This document shows, piece by piece, positions 19,405-28,476 of a stretch of 64,000 nucleotides of DNA (position 1 is the first letter of the stretch; every line of letters starts with the position of its first letter). Under the pieces are notes generated by a model. It did no database searches. It was given only the letters and a program-made list of their open reading frames with translations, and had not been told where the DNA came from. The position numbers were made by a program, and so were the translations under genes. Location: assembly GCA_029933125.1 (NCBI GenBank), contig JAOZOU010000009.1:10194-74193 (forward strand). The letters run 5' to 3'. The DNA comes from a bacterium (GTDB lineage: Bacteria > Arandabacterota > Arandabacteria > Arandabacterales > Arandabacteraceae).

Positions 19405-20646
19405 CTAGTCCGCCGGGTTCACGAGGCGCCCCATGAAGAGGATGGTGCCGGTTGTGTTCTCCTTTATAAGGAAAATGAAAGGATGATCGGCTCGAAATGT
19501 CTTGGCTGGCGTAGGTGCCATCGCGAGCGCCATGGTAACCCCTGTTGCCGCAGCTGCCTCTGTCCCACGCTCATTCACATCGACATATGCTTTGTGCACA
19601 ACAGCTGAGATGAAAAGATCACGCTTGCCTGTCATACCTGAGAAATCCGCTCTTGTTGGCTCGAATGCATCCTTCATGCCAAGTTCTTCAAGAGCTCCAT
19701 CAACCCGAAACTTAGTCTCGAGCTTAAAACGCGGAAGGCTTATGTCCACCCGCTCAGGCGCAAGACGCCCAAGCCAGGCGGAAAGGGAATCAGGGGCAAG
19801 CCCCGCCTCGAGCCCTTTGAGCCCCTCAACCTTCCTTGGAAGCAGAATCACCATTGAAAGATCTCCACCCTTGTAGGGGAGCTCAAGTGCCTGAAAGTCA
19901 TCTCTCTCAAAATAGTGAAAGTGTCCTTCCTGATGCATCATGGGAATGGTGACCGTCGTTGTGTCATCTACATGGAAGGGCTCATCCGAGGTGCGCTTCT
20001 CCTTGAAAGGATGCTCCCAGTTGCCCAGAAAATAGATGGCGTTGGTAAGCACAAGCCTTACGTCGGGGGTAAGAAGCCCCCTGCCTATGAGCTCCTGTAT
20101 CTTGCCCTCAGTCTTCTCAGACACCCACTCATTTATGCGCTCCCTTGCACCAGCGGCATCATTGGCAAAATCAACCTGAAAAAGGCCTGCCCCATAGTAT
20201 TTTTTGGTTAAACCTATGAACTCAGCCTCAAACTCATAGCCCTCCTGTGCCCAAAGTGCATTCGCCACACTGAGCTTGAAGTTGCCTTTCCTACCAAGGG
20301 CATTGAGTGAATCTGTAAGCTCCCCAAATGCCTTGTGGATACCCTCACCACCTACCCCACCAAGCCCACCAAAATGCAATGCCCGAGCCATCTCCTCAGC
20401 AGTCTTACCCCGCGCTCCTGCATATGTCATCGCAAGCGCACTTGAGATGCTGTATGGGGAAAAGAATAGATTTCCTTCCCCAAGTTGCTGGTAAAGATCA
20501 AGCGCAAAAGCATTGTTTCTTGCCGCAAGTGTGTCCATCGTAACCTCTTGTGTTGGCTTTGCCTGGTCGCTTCCACAGCTAGATGCTCCCATCAGCGACA
20601 TTCCGATAAGCATTACCGCTATGAATCGCCAATCTCGCAGTCCCAT
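19405..20646 (-). CDS. serpin (serine protease inhibitor) with signal peptide
   Basis: Serpin hinge and reactive-centre-loop signature GTEAAAATGVTMALAMAP...HPFIFLI...ILFMGRLVNP plus N-terminal FSPYSISSALAMTYAGARG; ATG 20646 preceded by AGGAGG; track start 20790 likely too long. Confidence 0.85.
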   Translation of the reverse strand: MGLRDWRFIAVMLIGMSLMGASSCGSDQAKPTQEVTMDTLAARNNAFALDLYQQLGEGNLFFSPYSISSALAMTYAGARGKTAEEMARALHFGGLGGVGGEGIHKAFGELTDSLNALGRKGNFKLSVANALWAQEGYEFEAEFIGLTKKYYGAGLFQVDFANDAAGARERINEWVSEKTEGKIQELIGRGLLTPDVRLVLTNAIYFLGNWEHPFKEKRTSDEPFHVDDTTTVTIPMMHQEGHFHYFERDDFQALELPYKGGDLSMVILLPRKVEGLKGLEAGLAPDSLSAWLGRLAPERVDISLPRFKLETKFRVDGALEELGMKDAFEPTRADFSGMTGKRDLFISAVVHKAYVDVNERGTEAAAATGVTMALAMAPTPAKTFRADHPFIFLIKENTTGTILFMGRLVNPAD

Positions 20647-20865
20647 CCTTCTCCTCCTTCCTATGTACCCAACCCCCATATTATGATAACCACTCTCCAA
20701 GGTCAAAACCAAACCTTCGGGGGAGATTCCCTCGAAGACCACATACCAGACGCGTGAAATGCATCGCTCGAGGGTATGCTGAGATCTCATGTGTGGTTCC
20801 TTCAGCCCAGATGGAACCTTCTACGCCAATTTGAGAATTTTAGAGTGGAGAGAAGGAGGGTGAGA

Positions 20866-22065
20866 ATGAAACACAAGAATCCTGATCGCTATACCAAAAT
20901 TGCATTCTGCCTGACAGTCACTCTTGTTGCAGGGCTCGTCGGGGCTTTGAGTTTTCTCGGTGACCATGCTGTCGCCTATGCACTTGAGAATTCGAAAGCC
21001 TCATTTGGTACCAGCTACACTACTACCTGCCTTTTTGAAGGCTTCGAAGATGGTTGCCGCCTCAACCCCCCAATCACCACTGCCCGAGATATCAATCTCC
21101 TTGGCACATCCCATAGTCACATTCGTTCACACGAGCTGGTTGGGTTGGTGTCTTCCTCTTCATATGCGGCAGGCTCAGAAGGCTTTGTCCCCCAGCTGGA
21201 ATCGGGTTCCACCGCTTCCTCTGCTGCTCAACTAAGGCTAGCCTCTGCCGAACAATCCTCAATTTCGCCTGCGAATCTGCGTGCCGCCAAAGCCACCTAC
21301 ATCGTGTGGCCAACTCACCTGGATTTTGGGACCATAAGCACTTACAGCTACGCCGATAGGACATTCATGATAAAGAACAAGGGATCGACGAAACTCAGCG
21401 GTACAGTTCAGGCATCGCTACCATTTGTGGTTATAGAAGATAATCACTTCGATCTGGATCCAGGGCAGTGGAAGCATTTCACAATCAGGTTTCTCCCTAT
21501 CCTGCCTGGGAGTTCCACCTGCATGGTGACGCTTGGAGATAGCGTAGATACTAAAGTAATCTGCACCGGCAAGGGGAAACCTCGACCGTTCTCTGGCATA
21601 CTCTACCTCGAGTTCTTAGCATCCCTTCTCGCTGCTCACGATGGGGCTCTTATCTTCTCCAGTAATGCTTTTGTGCAGGCTGATTCTTGCAAAATAGAGG
21701 AAAGGCTTGCCAGATACGCAAAGGCTTGCGACGCCGCCAAGTGGATCTATGACGCCAGATCCATGTATAGAGATGATCATCATACACCGACTACTCCCAC
21801 ATGGCACAGCGACTTCCCAACATGGCACAACGACTTCCCAACATGGGGTGGACATTCAACCCATCAGAGTGGCTCAAATACCTCTCACATCAGCATTGGA
21901 GAGATGAACTGGACACATCATGTGCCCTCAGCGATAGTTGCGCCACTCCCTGTCGCAACCCCACCTTCCTGGCATGCCACGATACCAACCGCTGGTATTT
22001 CCTCCTCGATGTCCCATACATCGGATAGACGTCACCATATATCGCACCCACGTGTCCACCACTAG
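20866..22065 (+). CDS. secreted protein with Ig-like (ASH / choice-of-anchor-D-like) domain and His/Trp-rich C-terminal tail
   Basis: Signal anchor MKHKNPDRYTKIAFCLTVTLVAGLVGALSFLG; central motif YIVWPTHLDFGTISTYSYADRTFMIKNKGSTKLSG; C-terminal low-complexity tail with about 15 His and repeated TWH/PTWH. ATG 20866 preceded by AGGAGGG. Confidence 0.45.
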   Translation: MKHKNPDRYTKIAFCLTVTLVAGLVGALSFLGDHAVAYALENSKASFGTSYTTTCLFEGFEDGCRLNPPITTARDINLLGTSHSHIRSHELVGLVSSSSYAAGSEGFVPQLESGSTASSAAQLRLASAEQSSISPANLRAAKATYIVWPTHLDFGTISTYSYADRTFMIKNKGSTKLSGTVQASLPFVVIEDNHFDLDPGQWKHFTIRFLPILPGSSTCMVTLGDSVDTKVICTGKGKPRPFSGILYLEFLASLLAAHDGALIFSSNAFVQADSCKIEERLARYAKACDAAKWIYDARSMYRDDHHTPTTPTWHSDFPTWHNDFPTWGGHSTHQSGSNTSHISIGEMNWTHHVPSAIVAPLPVATPPSWHATIPTAGISSSMSHTSDRRHHISHPRVHH

Positions 22066-22154
22066 CCATGCCAAACAGGAATTGTAAGTCTGCAGGTGAG
22101 CTGATCTCTTGACCGTAACTTCCCCTAGTGGTATGAGTTCAAATCAAAGGTGCC

Positions 22155-23360
22155 ATGAGGAAAAGATCGCTTCTTTCGACAATTCTCTTGATCACGATAG
22201 GTGGCTCTGGGCTATTGTTAGCCCCCCTTGCCCGAGCTGCCGCTGGCTGGACTCCTGCAATCCGGCTGACTAATAGCGATGGCTCCCTAACGCTTTCGGG
22301 TCCCCCCGGACTTAAGCAGATAGCTGCAGGCCCTGACGGGAGGATACATGTAGTTTGGGCTGATAACCGAGATGGGATGTATCACATCTATTACAAGTGC
22401 TTTGATGGAAAAGCTTGGAGCAAAGACGAATGCATAAGCCAGGGCTATGGCTTAGACCCCAGTATCTCGCTCCTTCCTCACGGTCGGATACTGGTAGCGT
22501 GGTACTGGTTCGGCTACGACACCTTTGCTCGGATCTTCGACGGGTCAAGATGGCAGAACGAGACCAAGCTCAGCGATTGCACACCGATCAATAGCACCTG
22601 GCCTTCTACGGTGACCGACGCTGCAGGACGTGCCCACGCATTCTGGCCAGTCTCAAGCTTCTGTGAGGCGTTCCTAATGCATCGTGTCTATGATGGCCAA
22701 AGGTGGCTTCCCTGTGACACGATACCAGGCACCACAGGTAACCCCATGCTGACGGCTGCTGCGTGTGATAGCAAGGGAAATCTTCATCTCGTGTGGACGG
22801 ATGGAAGAGATGGCAACTTTGAAATCTACTACACGACGTATGATGGCTCGCGGTGGGGTGCTTTTCAAAGACTCACGAGTGACCCAGCAGCATCAGAGCT
22901 TCCGGATGTTGCAATCTCCTCAAAGGATGTCATCTATGTGGTTTGGCAGGACTCTCGTACAGGAGTCCCTGAGGTCTATCTTAAGACATTCAACGGCAAA
23001 TGGTCTCCTGATCAGAGACTTTCAGCAGACGACGGCAGACTATCGGGCAATCCCAAGATAGCTATAGATTCAATGGACAGGGTACACATCGTTTGGGGAG
23101 AGCAAAGGCATGAGAAGATCAAGTTCCATGACATCTATTACCGCAGGTCGCGTCCCAGGGGTAAGCTATGGTCGCCCCCTGTAAGACTGACAAGTGATGC
23201 AGCAATCCCGAAATACTACTCCCTCTGTGTTGACTCTGCTGGTAACGCCTATGTGGTTTGGATGGATTTCCGCAATTTCAGGTGGGATATCTATTTCAAA
23301 ACTCAGTGTAAATCCAACGACCCTGCCTTCTGGACAAGGGGGCTCACCCAGGCCAATTAA
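22155..23360 (+). CDS. secreted propeller-repeat protein, paralogous to the repeats of the 12122-16279 protein, no sorting domain
   Basis: 401 aa; signal peptide; repeats RIHVVWADNRDGMYHIYYKCFDGKAWS, LHLVWTDGRDGNFEIYYTTYDGSRWG, IYVVWQDSRTGVPEVYLKTFNGKWS share the giant protein's repeat motif. Confidence 0.7.
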   Translation: MRKRSLLSTILLITIGGSGLLLAPLARAAAGWTPAIRLTNSDGSLTLSGPPGLKQIAAGPDGRIHVVWADNRDGMYHIYYKCFDGKAWSKDECISQGYGLDPSISLLPHGRILVAWYWFGYDTFARIFDGSRWQNETKLSDCTPINSTWPSTVTDAAGRAHAFWPVSSFCEAFLMHRVYDGQRWLPCDTIPGTTGNPMLTAAACDSKGNLHLVWTDGRDGNFEIYYTTYDGSRWGAFQRLTSDPAASELPDVAISSKDVIYVVWQDSRTGVPEVYLKTFNGKWSPDQRLSADDGRLSGNPKIAIDSMDRVHIVWGEQRHEKIKFHDIYYRRSRPRGKLWSPPVRLTSDAAIPKYYSLCVDSAGNAYVVWMDFRNFRWDIYFKTQCKSNDPAFWTRGLTQAN

Positions 23361-23387
23361 TCTTCAACTGCGAAGGATATGGGTCAC

Positions 23388-26300
23388 CTACCTCCAGTCA
23401 CCAGAGGAAACAAAAGCAGCCCATCGTACCGGATGATCTATCATTCCATGCGAGCGCAGTTCTTTGAGCACTTTGAGCTCAACCGCGTTAAGGGTGAATG
23501 CAATATTCTCTGGGGGCGTGCTGTAGATGGCACTACAAACTTCGGCAGCAAGTCTGTCAGACACTGGCCACATTGCACCGATTATTGTGCGCGCCCCAGC
23601 CAGCCGAAAGGCACGCACGGGGCCATAAACGCCTTCGGCATCTTCAAGCTCGCCAGTTGCGGTTTCGCACCCCGAAAGCACCACGAGATCGGTTCCTCTG
23701 AGATCAAGGGCAAGGATCTCCTCAGAGGTAAGTGTGCCATCATCAATCATTGGGTTCTCAAAGCCTCTACCATGGAGATTTGCTCGAGCCAGAAAAAGCC
23801 CTGATAAGACCAGGGGATTGAGACTATCAGGGTTGATACTTACCCTATCTGCTGAAGGGTAGATCTTCCCCGGCGAGCAAGATGCCAGGTGATAACCATG
23901 GGTTGCAAGGTGAAGCACGCGCTTCCCAGGAGCATCAGCTTTTACCCTTTCCTCAGTTGCGTCTTTGCCGACATAGATATACGCGGGCTCACCTGTGACC
24001 TCGCGCCACCTATGAGCTACAGCTTCTACCTCACGGCGGCTCTCAGGGAGAGGTGGAACAACAATGTTGAACCGTTCCTTGCAGGGAATCGATGTCTGAC
24101 CATGCTCAAGTAAGTCAAGCTCAGGCTTGAGGGCACCCCTCTCAGGTAAGGCATCGTAGTCGGGGGCACCAATTGCCAGAAGCCCCTTACCCCGCTTAGG
24201 ATTTTTCCCAAGCGCAAGGAGGTCGCGAGCAGCTGCGATGTAGTGTACGGGATAATGTTCGATAAGATACTTGCCATCACCTGCTATCAAGCCTGCAAAG
24301 GAAATGCGCGAAATCTCAGCATCAGAGCAAATGATCACAAGATCCGAACCCTCGAGGTGACCTTCAATCGGCTCAACAAGGATCTCATAGAGCCTTCTTC
24401 CAAGCCTTGTGTAGTATTCCATATCCTCAAGTGTGGGACCTGACCTGGAATCAGCTAACTTCCTCATGTGGTGGCAATAAAGGCGGACAGCAAAGTCGAT
24501 GTCAGCAGCATCGCCCAGCTGTACAATACGCACCTCGGAATCACTGGTTAGCACGAGCGCAAGGTATCTGAAAAAGTAGCCGTTAGGCTCAACCCAGTAC
24601 TGATACTTGAAATACTCAACAACTGTAGTTCTCATAGGAAATCTTCTCAGGGCACTGAGCACCTTGGCTACACTGGTGTCAAGTACCTGCGCTGCGTCGG
24701 CATGATCAGCTATCAAACTGGCAAGTCTTCGCTCAAGGCGCTCCTTTCGCTTTCTGAGATTTTTGAGCATTGTCTCTAAGTCTTTGCTGCTGGGGATCTC
24801 AGAAGTGTAGAGCACCGAGATTTGCTGGTGAATGAGGCTAAGGGAATCCACAACCGCAGTTGCATAATCTGTCGTTCCACGTAAGGCGTGTCTTTGAGCA
24901 AGGAGATCAGTGACACCGCCTTTGGACTGCAATACGGCATCTGCAACCTCGAGCGTGGCATGCTCTTCCCTTTCGGGGAGATCGAAGTAAGTAGTAAGTA
25001 GCCTATCCACACAGGCGAGCTGAACCTCTCGATACTTAAGAGCCTCTCTTTCCGGCATTAGCAGAATCTGATCCGCTACGGTTTGCCATCCGAGCTCGAG
25101 TGTCTCCAGGGCAGCGTCCCAGGCCGCCCGGACGTCACCTCTCATCCTATGAAATCTGCTGAGATCCAGGAGATTCATGGTTGCATCTGGACCAAGCGAA
25201 CCGAGTGCTTTCTGCATAGCAATTGCCTTCTCATACATTGGCATTGCTTCACCATAGCGCCGCTCATCTCGATAGCAATTTGCGAGGGTCATCAAAATGG
25301 AAACAATTGCCGGGCTCGCCGTCTCAGCCTCCGTCTCGCAGGAAGCTATTGCTGAAGCACACAGGCTTTCAGCCCTGCTATAGTCATGGATGTAGCGGTA
25401 GACAGTTGCAAGGGCTGCGATTGCCCGTAGGAGAGCGGGATGCTGAGGACTAAAGGGCTTATTTAAAATTGCAATAGCACGTTCCAGGTTGTCTATAGCC
25501 ATTCTAATGTACTTTGTGTGGTTATTGCTACGCAGCTCGTAGTTCAGGGATCCGAGCTCGGCAAGTACCATACCAATGCCTGGATGATTCGGTCCAAGAC
25601 CTACCTCACCTCTCCCGAGAGCATCCTTGAGCACAACATGTGCCTGATCAAACCGCTGGGATGCAACGAGCACTCTTGCAAAACCGAGCATTGCCTCAAG
25701 ACGGTGGGTATTCATAGCAGGTGACGTGCGATCAAAAATGGCAAGAGCCTCTTCATAAAGCCTTTCAGCCTCGACAAGGTTGGCTTGACAATATCTGAGG
25801 CGTGCCATATTGGTGATTGTTGAGGCAACGAAAGGGTGCCAGTAACCAAGGCTGATGCCGAGCAATCTTCTGGCCTCAAGCAAGTGGTATTCTGCCGAAA
25901 GATAATCCAGTTTGTAAGTATCTATCAACCCTTGCAGGTTCAGGGTATGCGCTAATGTAACACTGTCGGCCCTGTCCGATATCTCAAGAAGGAAGCGTGA
26001 CTCATCAAGCCAATCTTGAGCCCTGGTATAGTAACCCTGGGCAACCGCGAGATGAGCAAGAGCGAGATCGATGTGTGCTTCCCAGCAAGGGTCGGGGTAG
26101 TTCTGAGAAAGATAGCGAGCCTGAGATAGATAGCCTTGCGCTTCAGCATAGTGTCCCAGCTCAGTTCCTATCTCACCAAGGTAGGTAAGAAGTGGCAGGG
26201 CCTGCTCGCGCAATTCCGAAGGGGGAGTTCGGGTGATTAATCGCTCCAGCTTCCCGTACAGGCTTGAAAGTTCTTCGTGACCACCATACTGGAGATAGAA

Positions 26301-26594
26301 CGCAGCCAAGACTGCAATCTGTGAAGGGAGGGATTGAAATTCCCTTCCCTCACCAATCGACCTCAATGTCCTTGCTAGCTTGGCCTGGGCATCACGGTAA
26401 CTTTCATACTTTAAGAGTCGAGTCGATCCGCATTGGGAATCTACAACAACAATCGGCAGGTAGCCCCCACCAACACTTGACGGAGACCCTCCAGCAAGCC
26501 TAATTAACCCAAGAGTGCACACTGCTGCGAGGAGGACCTGATTGACTTTCGATGAATCCATTCCTCCCTGCCTTTGCTTTTCGAGAAAACGCAT
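23388..26594 (-). CDS. TPR-repeat protein with C-terminal CHAT (caspase-like) peptidase domain, predicted secreted
   Basis: CHAT catalytic dyad context VLHLATHGYH (His) and LVVLSGCETATGE (Cys) at C-terminus; multiple TPR-like helical repeats centrally; signal-peptide-like MRFLEKQRQGGMDSSKVNQVLLAAVCTLGL. The first 140-150 aa of the track ORF would overlap the divergent sigma-factor region and are rejected; alternative start ATG 26561. Confidence 0.75.
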   Translation of the reverse strand: MRFLEKQRQGGMDSSKVNQVLLAAVCTLGLIRLAGGSPSSVGGGYLPIVVVDSQCGSTRLLKYESYRDAQAKLARTLRSIGEGREFQSLPSQIAVLAAFYLQYGGHEELSSLYGKLERLITRTPPSELREQALPLLTYLGEIGTELGHYAEAQGYLSQARYLSQNYPDPCWEAHIDLALAHLAVAQGYYTRAQDWLDESRFLLEISDRADSVTLAHTLNLQGLIDTYKLDYLSAEYHLLEARRLLGISLGYWHPFVASTITNMARLRYCQANLVEAERLYEEALAIFDRTSPAMNTHRLEAMLGFARVLVASQRFDQAHVVLKDALGRGEVGLGPNHPGIGMVLAELGSLNYELRSNNHTKYIRMAIDNLERAIAILNKPFSPQHPALLRAIAALATVYRYIHDYSRAESLCASAIASCETEAETASPAIVSILMTLANCYRDERRYGEAMPMYEKAIAMQKALGSLGPDATMNLLDLSRFHRMRGDVRAAWDAALETLELGWQTVADQILLMPEREALKYREVQLACVDRLLTTYFDLPEREEHATLEVADAVLQSKGGVTDLLAQRHALRGTTDYATAVVDSLSLIHQQISVLYTSEIPSSKDLETMLKNLRKRKERLERRLASLIADHADAAQVLDTSVAKVLSALRRFPMRTTVVEYFKYQYWVEPNGYFFRYLALVLTSDSEVRIVQLGDAADIDFAVRLYCHHMRKLADSRSGPTLEDMEYYTRLGRRLYEILVEPIEGHLEGSDLVIICSDAEISRISFAGLIAGDGKYLIEHYPVHYIAAARDLLALGKNPKRGKGLLAIGAPDYDALPERGALKPELDLLEHGQTSIPCKERFNIVVPPLPESRREVEAVAHRWREVTGEPAYIYVGKDATEERVKADAPGKRVLHLATHGYHLASCSPGKIYPSADRVSINPDSLNPLVLSGLFLARANLHGRGFENPMIDDGTLTSEEILALDLRGTDLVVLSGCETATGELEDAEGVYGPVRAFRLAGARTIIGAMWPVSDRLAAEVCSAIYSTPPENIAFTLNAVELKVLKELRSHGMIDHPVRWAAFVSSGDWR

Positions 26595-26834
26595 ACCATG
26601 CACTATTTGGGATGTCAAGCCTGCCAACTCGGATGTGCCCGTCCCAACGCCATAAACAATATTGCACTCCATGCGATTAAGCTTGAAGATATGGCGTTCG
26701 TGAGGTAACATTTGCAGTAGCACACGGTTCCTGCTCGGATCTGCTACGAAAGAGAGCTGGCGGAGGGCAGACTCATCGACTTCTCGCTCGAAGATAAGGA
26801 CACCCGGGAAACCGTCAGGCAATGGATTCAGCCT

Positions 26835-27317
26835 GTGGTAAGAAGTCCAAGGTGGTATCAGCGCATCAAGCACGAAGAGCAGGATATTTACAATGAAGTT
26901 ATGTTGAGATTCCTGATTGCATGTCAGAAAGGCCGCGTCGATACTGCAAGAGATCCCAGGCCTTATGTTCAGAAAATTGCCTTTCACGTCTGCGTTGACT
27001 GGATCAGGCGTAACCATCGAGAGGTCCCTTTCGACGACATCACCGAAGAGATTAGCAGGAAGCTTTTCAGGCGTGAGCCCAGTATTCTCGAAAAGCTCAC
27101 ACGTGATGAAACGGTTGAGGTTCTAGTGGAGCTGATTGGAACCTTGCCTGAGAAATGCCGAAATATATTACGGATGACATTTTATGAAGAAAAATCAGAG
27201 AAGGCGATTGCAGATGCTCTTGGTGTACCCGTTGGAACCGTAAAATCTAGAAAGTCGAGATGCCTCGACAAGCTCAGGCATCTCTTGAAAGGAAAAGACA
27301 ATCAAGCTATGGATTAG
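26835..27317 (+). CDS. ECF-type RNA polymerase sigma factor (sigma-24 family), N-terminally short
   Basis: Region 2 (EQDIYNEVMLRFL...IAFHVCVDWIRRN) and region 4 (AIADALGVPVGTVKSRKSRCLDKLR) motifs; first canonical start is GTG 26835 after in-frame stop at 26718. Confidence 0.75.
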   Translation: MVRSPRWYQRIKHEEQDIYNEVMLRFLIACQKGRVDTARDPRPYVQKIAFHVCVDWIRRNHREVPFDDITEEISRKLFRREPSILEKLTRDETVEVLVELIGTLPEKCRNILRMTFYEEKSEKAIADALGVPVGTVKSRKSRCLDKLRHLLKGKDNQAMD

Positions 27318-27393
27318 AAAACGATCGGAATTGAGGATCGATGCTTTGTAGAAGGAGCATTCATGGCGTGAGAATCTGAAGTGAGGTTGGGAT

Positions 27394-28476
27394 GTGTATG
27401 CGCAGGGTAGCAGGCATGTAGCAGATTTACTTGACGATTACATCAATAGAAAACTCAATGATTCTCAATCCAAAGTGGTCGAGGCCCATGTAGCTACCTG
27501 TAAGGCCTGTGCCGTTGAGCTTGCCTTCAGGCTGGCAGTAGCCAAAGCCACGAAAAGGTACTATGCGAGGCAATCTCTCGACCACGTGGATACCGCCATT
27601 CTGGCAGATCTTGCCCTGGGAGGGCATAATCTCAGCCCCGAATCGAAGAACAAAGCTCTCGAGCATATCGCCTCATGCCCCCAGTGCCGGAAACACTATG
27701 AGACAGCAAAGGGTGTTGCCGATGATCTTAATCTGGAGCCGATCCCGTCTCCCAGTGAGTCCCATCCCGGGCCTGACCTTGCGAAGGAATCTGAGATGCG
27801 GCGTGGCCTCATGGTAAGAAACTTCTTTTTGTTTCTATTCGGAAGATGGCGTTATGCTGCCGTAGCCTTTGCCGCTGCTTTCTTAACCTTTGCAATCATC
27901 GAACTAAGCAAGCCATCGTATCCTCCAGGGATAACATCCAGCCCTTCCCTTGGGGAAGGCTCCTCACAGCCCTTTGCAACATCACAGGTCCGAGGAGTAA
28001 AGTCCCCGCCTGAGAAGGCTCTCTCTGAGACAGGTGCGGCTACTTCTCCTACCTCAACGATCGGAGCCACCTTGCCCCCAAGAGTGCTATACTTTGATGC
28101 GGGAACAAAGGTGGGACCCGACGAAGAACTTGACTTAGCCAGACTGGAGGTAACAGCTCGGGTGGTTACACTCGCAAGGCAAGAGAATCTGCTTCTTATA
28201 ATCGAACGCCCACGAGAGCTTGTAGGCAAGACCATCGGCTGTGTTCAGATCTACAAAGTCGAAGGCTCGGCAGCCATCTTAGAAACTGAGTGGAGTAAGT
28301 TTGCGATTCCAAGGGAAGGGAAAATCCCCCTGATGATACCCTCAGAAATTCTTCAACCCGGCACTTACGCAATCTCAGTCCAGCCTACCGAACCAGACCA
28401 GACTGCAACCTTCTTCCCTGTCAAGGTGAACCTGGAGTCGGCATATTCTTCCGAACAGAAGGAATCCTCAAAGTAA
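27394..28476 (+). CDS. anti-sigma factor, zf-HC2 type, single-pass membrane protein
   Basis: N-terminal H-x3-C-x2-C motif (EAHVATCKAC) plus second Cys pair (CPQCRKH); one TM helix (AVAFAAAFLTFAIIEL); periplasmic C-terminal domain; GTG start 76 bp downstream of the ECF sigma gene. Confidence 0.6.
   Translation: MYAQGSRHVADLLDDYINRKLNDSQSKVVEAHVATCKACAVELAFRLAVAKATKRYYARQSLDHVDTAILADLALGGHNLSPESKNKALEHIASCPQCRKHYETAKGVADDLNLEPIPSPSESHPGPDLAKESEMRRGLMVRNFFLFLFGRWRYAAVAFAAAFLTFAIIELSKPSYPPGITSSPSLGEGSSQPFATSQVRGVKSPPEKALSETGAATSPTSTIGATLPPRVLYFDAGTKVGPDEELDLARLEVTARVVTLARQENLLLIIERPRELVGKTIGCVQIYKVEGSAAILETEWSKFAIPREGKIPLMIPSEILQPGTYAISVQPTEPDQTATFFPVKVNLESAYSSEQKESSK

Noticed and set aside
23388-26594. 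Gasdermin/CHAT or CRISPR-associated (Craspase-like) defence operon
   Set aside because: No gasdermin-sized or cas-like gene is co-directional and adjacent to the CHAT gene; neighbours are a divergent sigma factor and a convergent propeller protein.
26595-27017. N-terminal roughly 140-150 aa of the track ORF 23388-27017 (CHAT protein)
   Set aside because: It would run through the divergent ECF sigma gene and its promoter region and has no protein-like features. An internal Met followed by a signal-peptide-like segment is the more plausible start.
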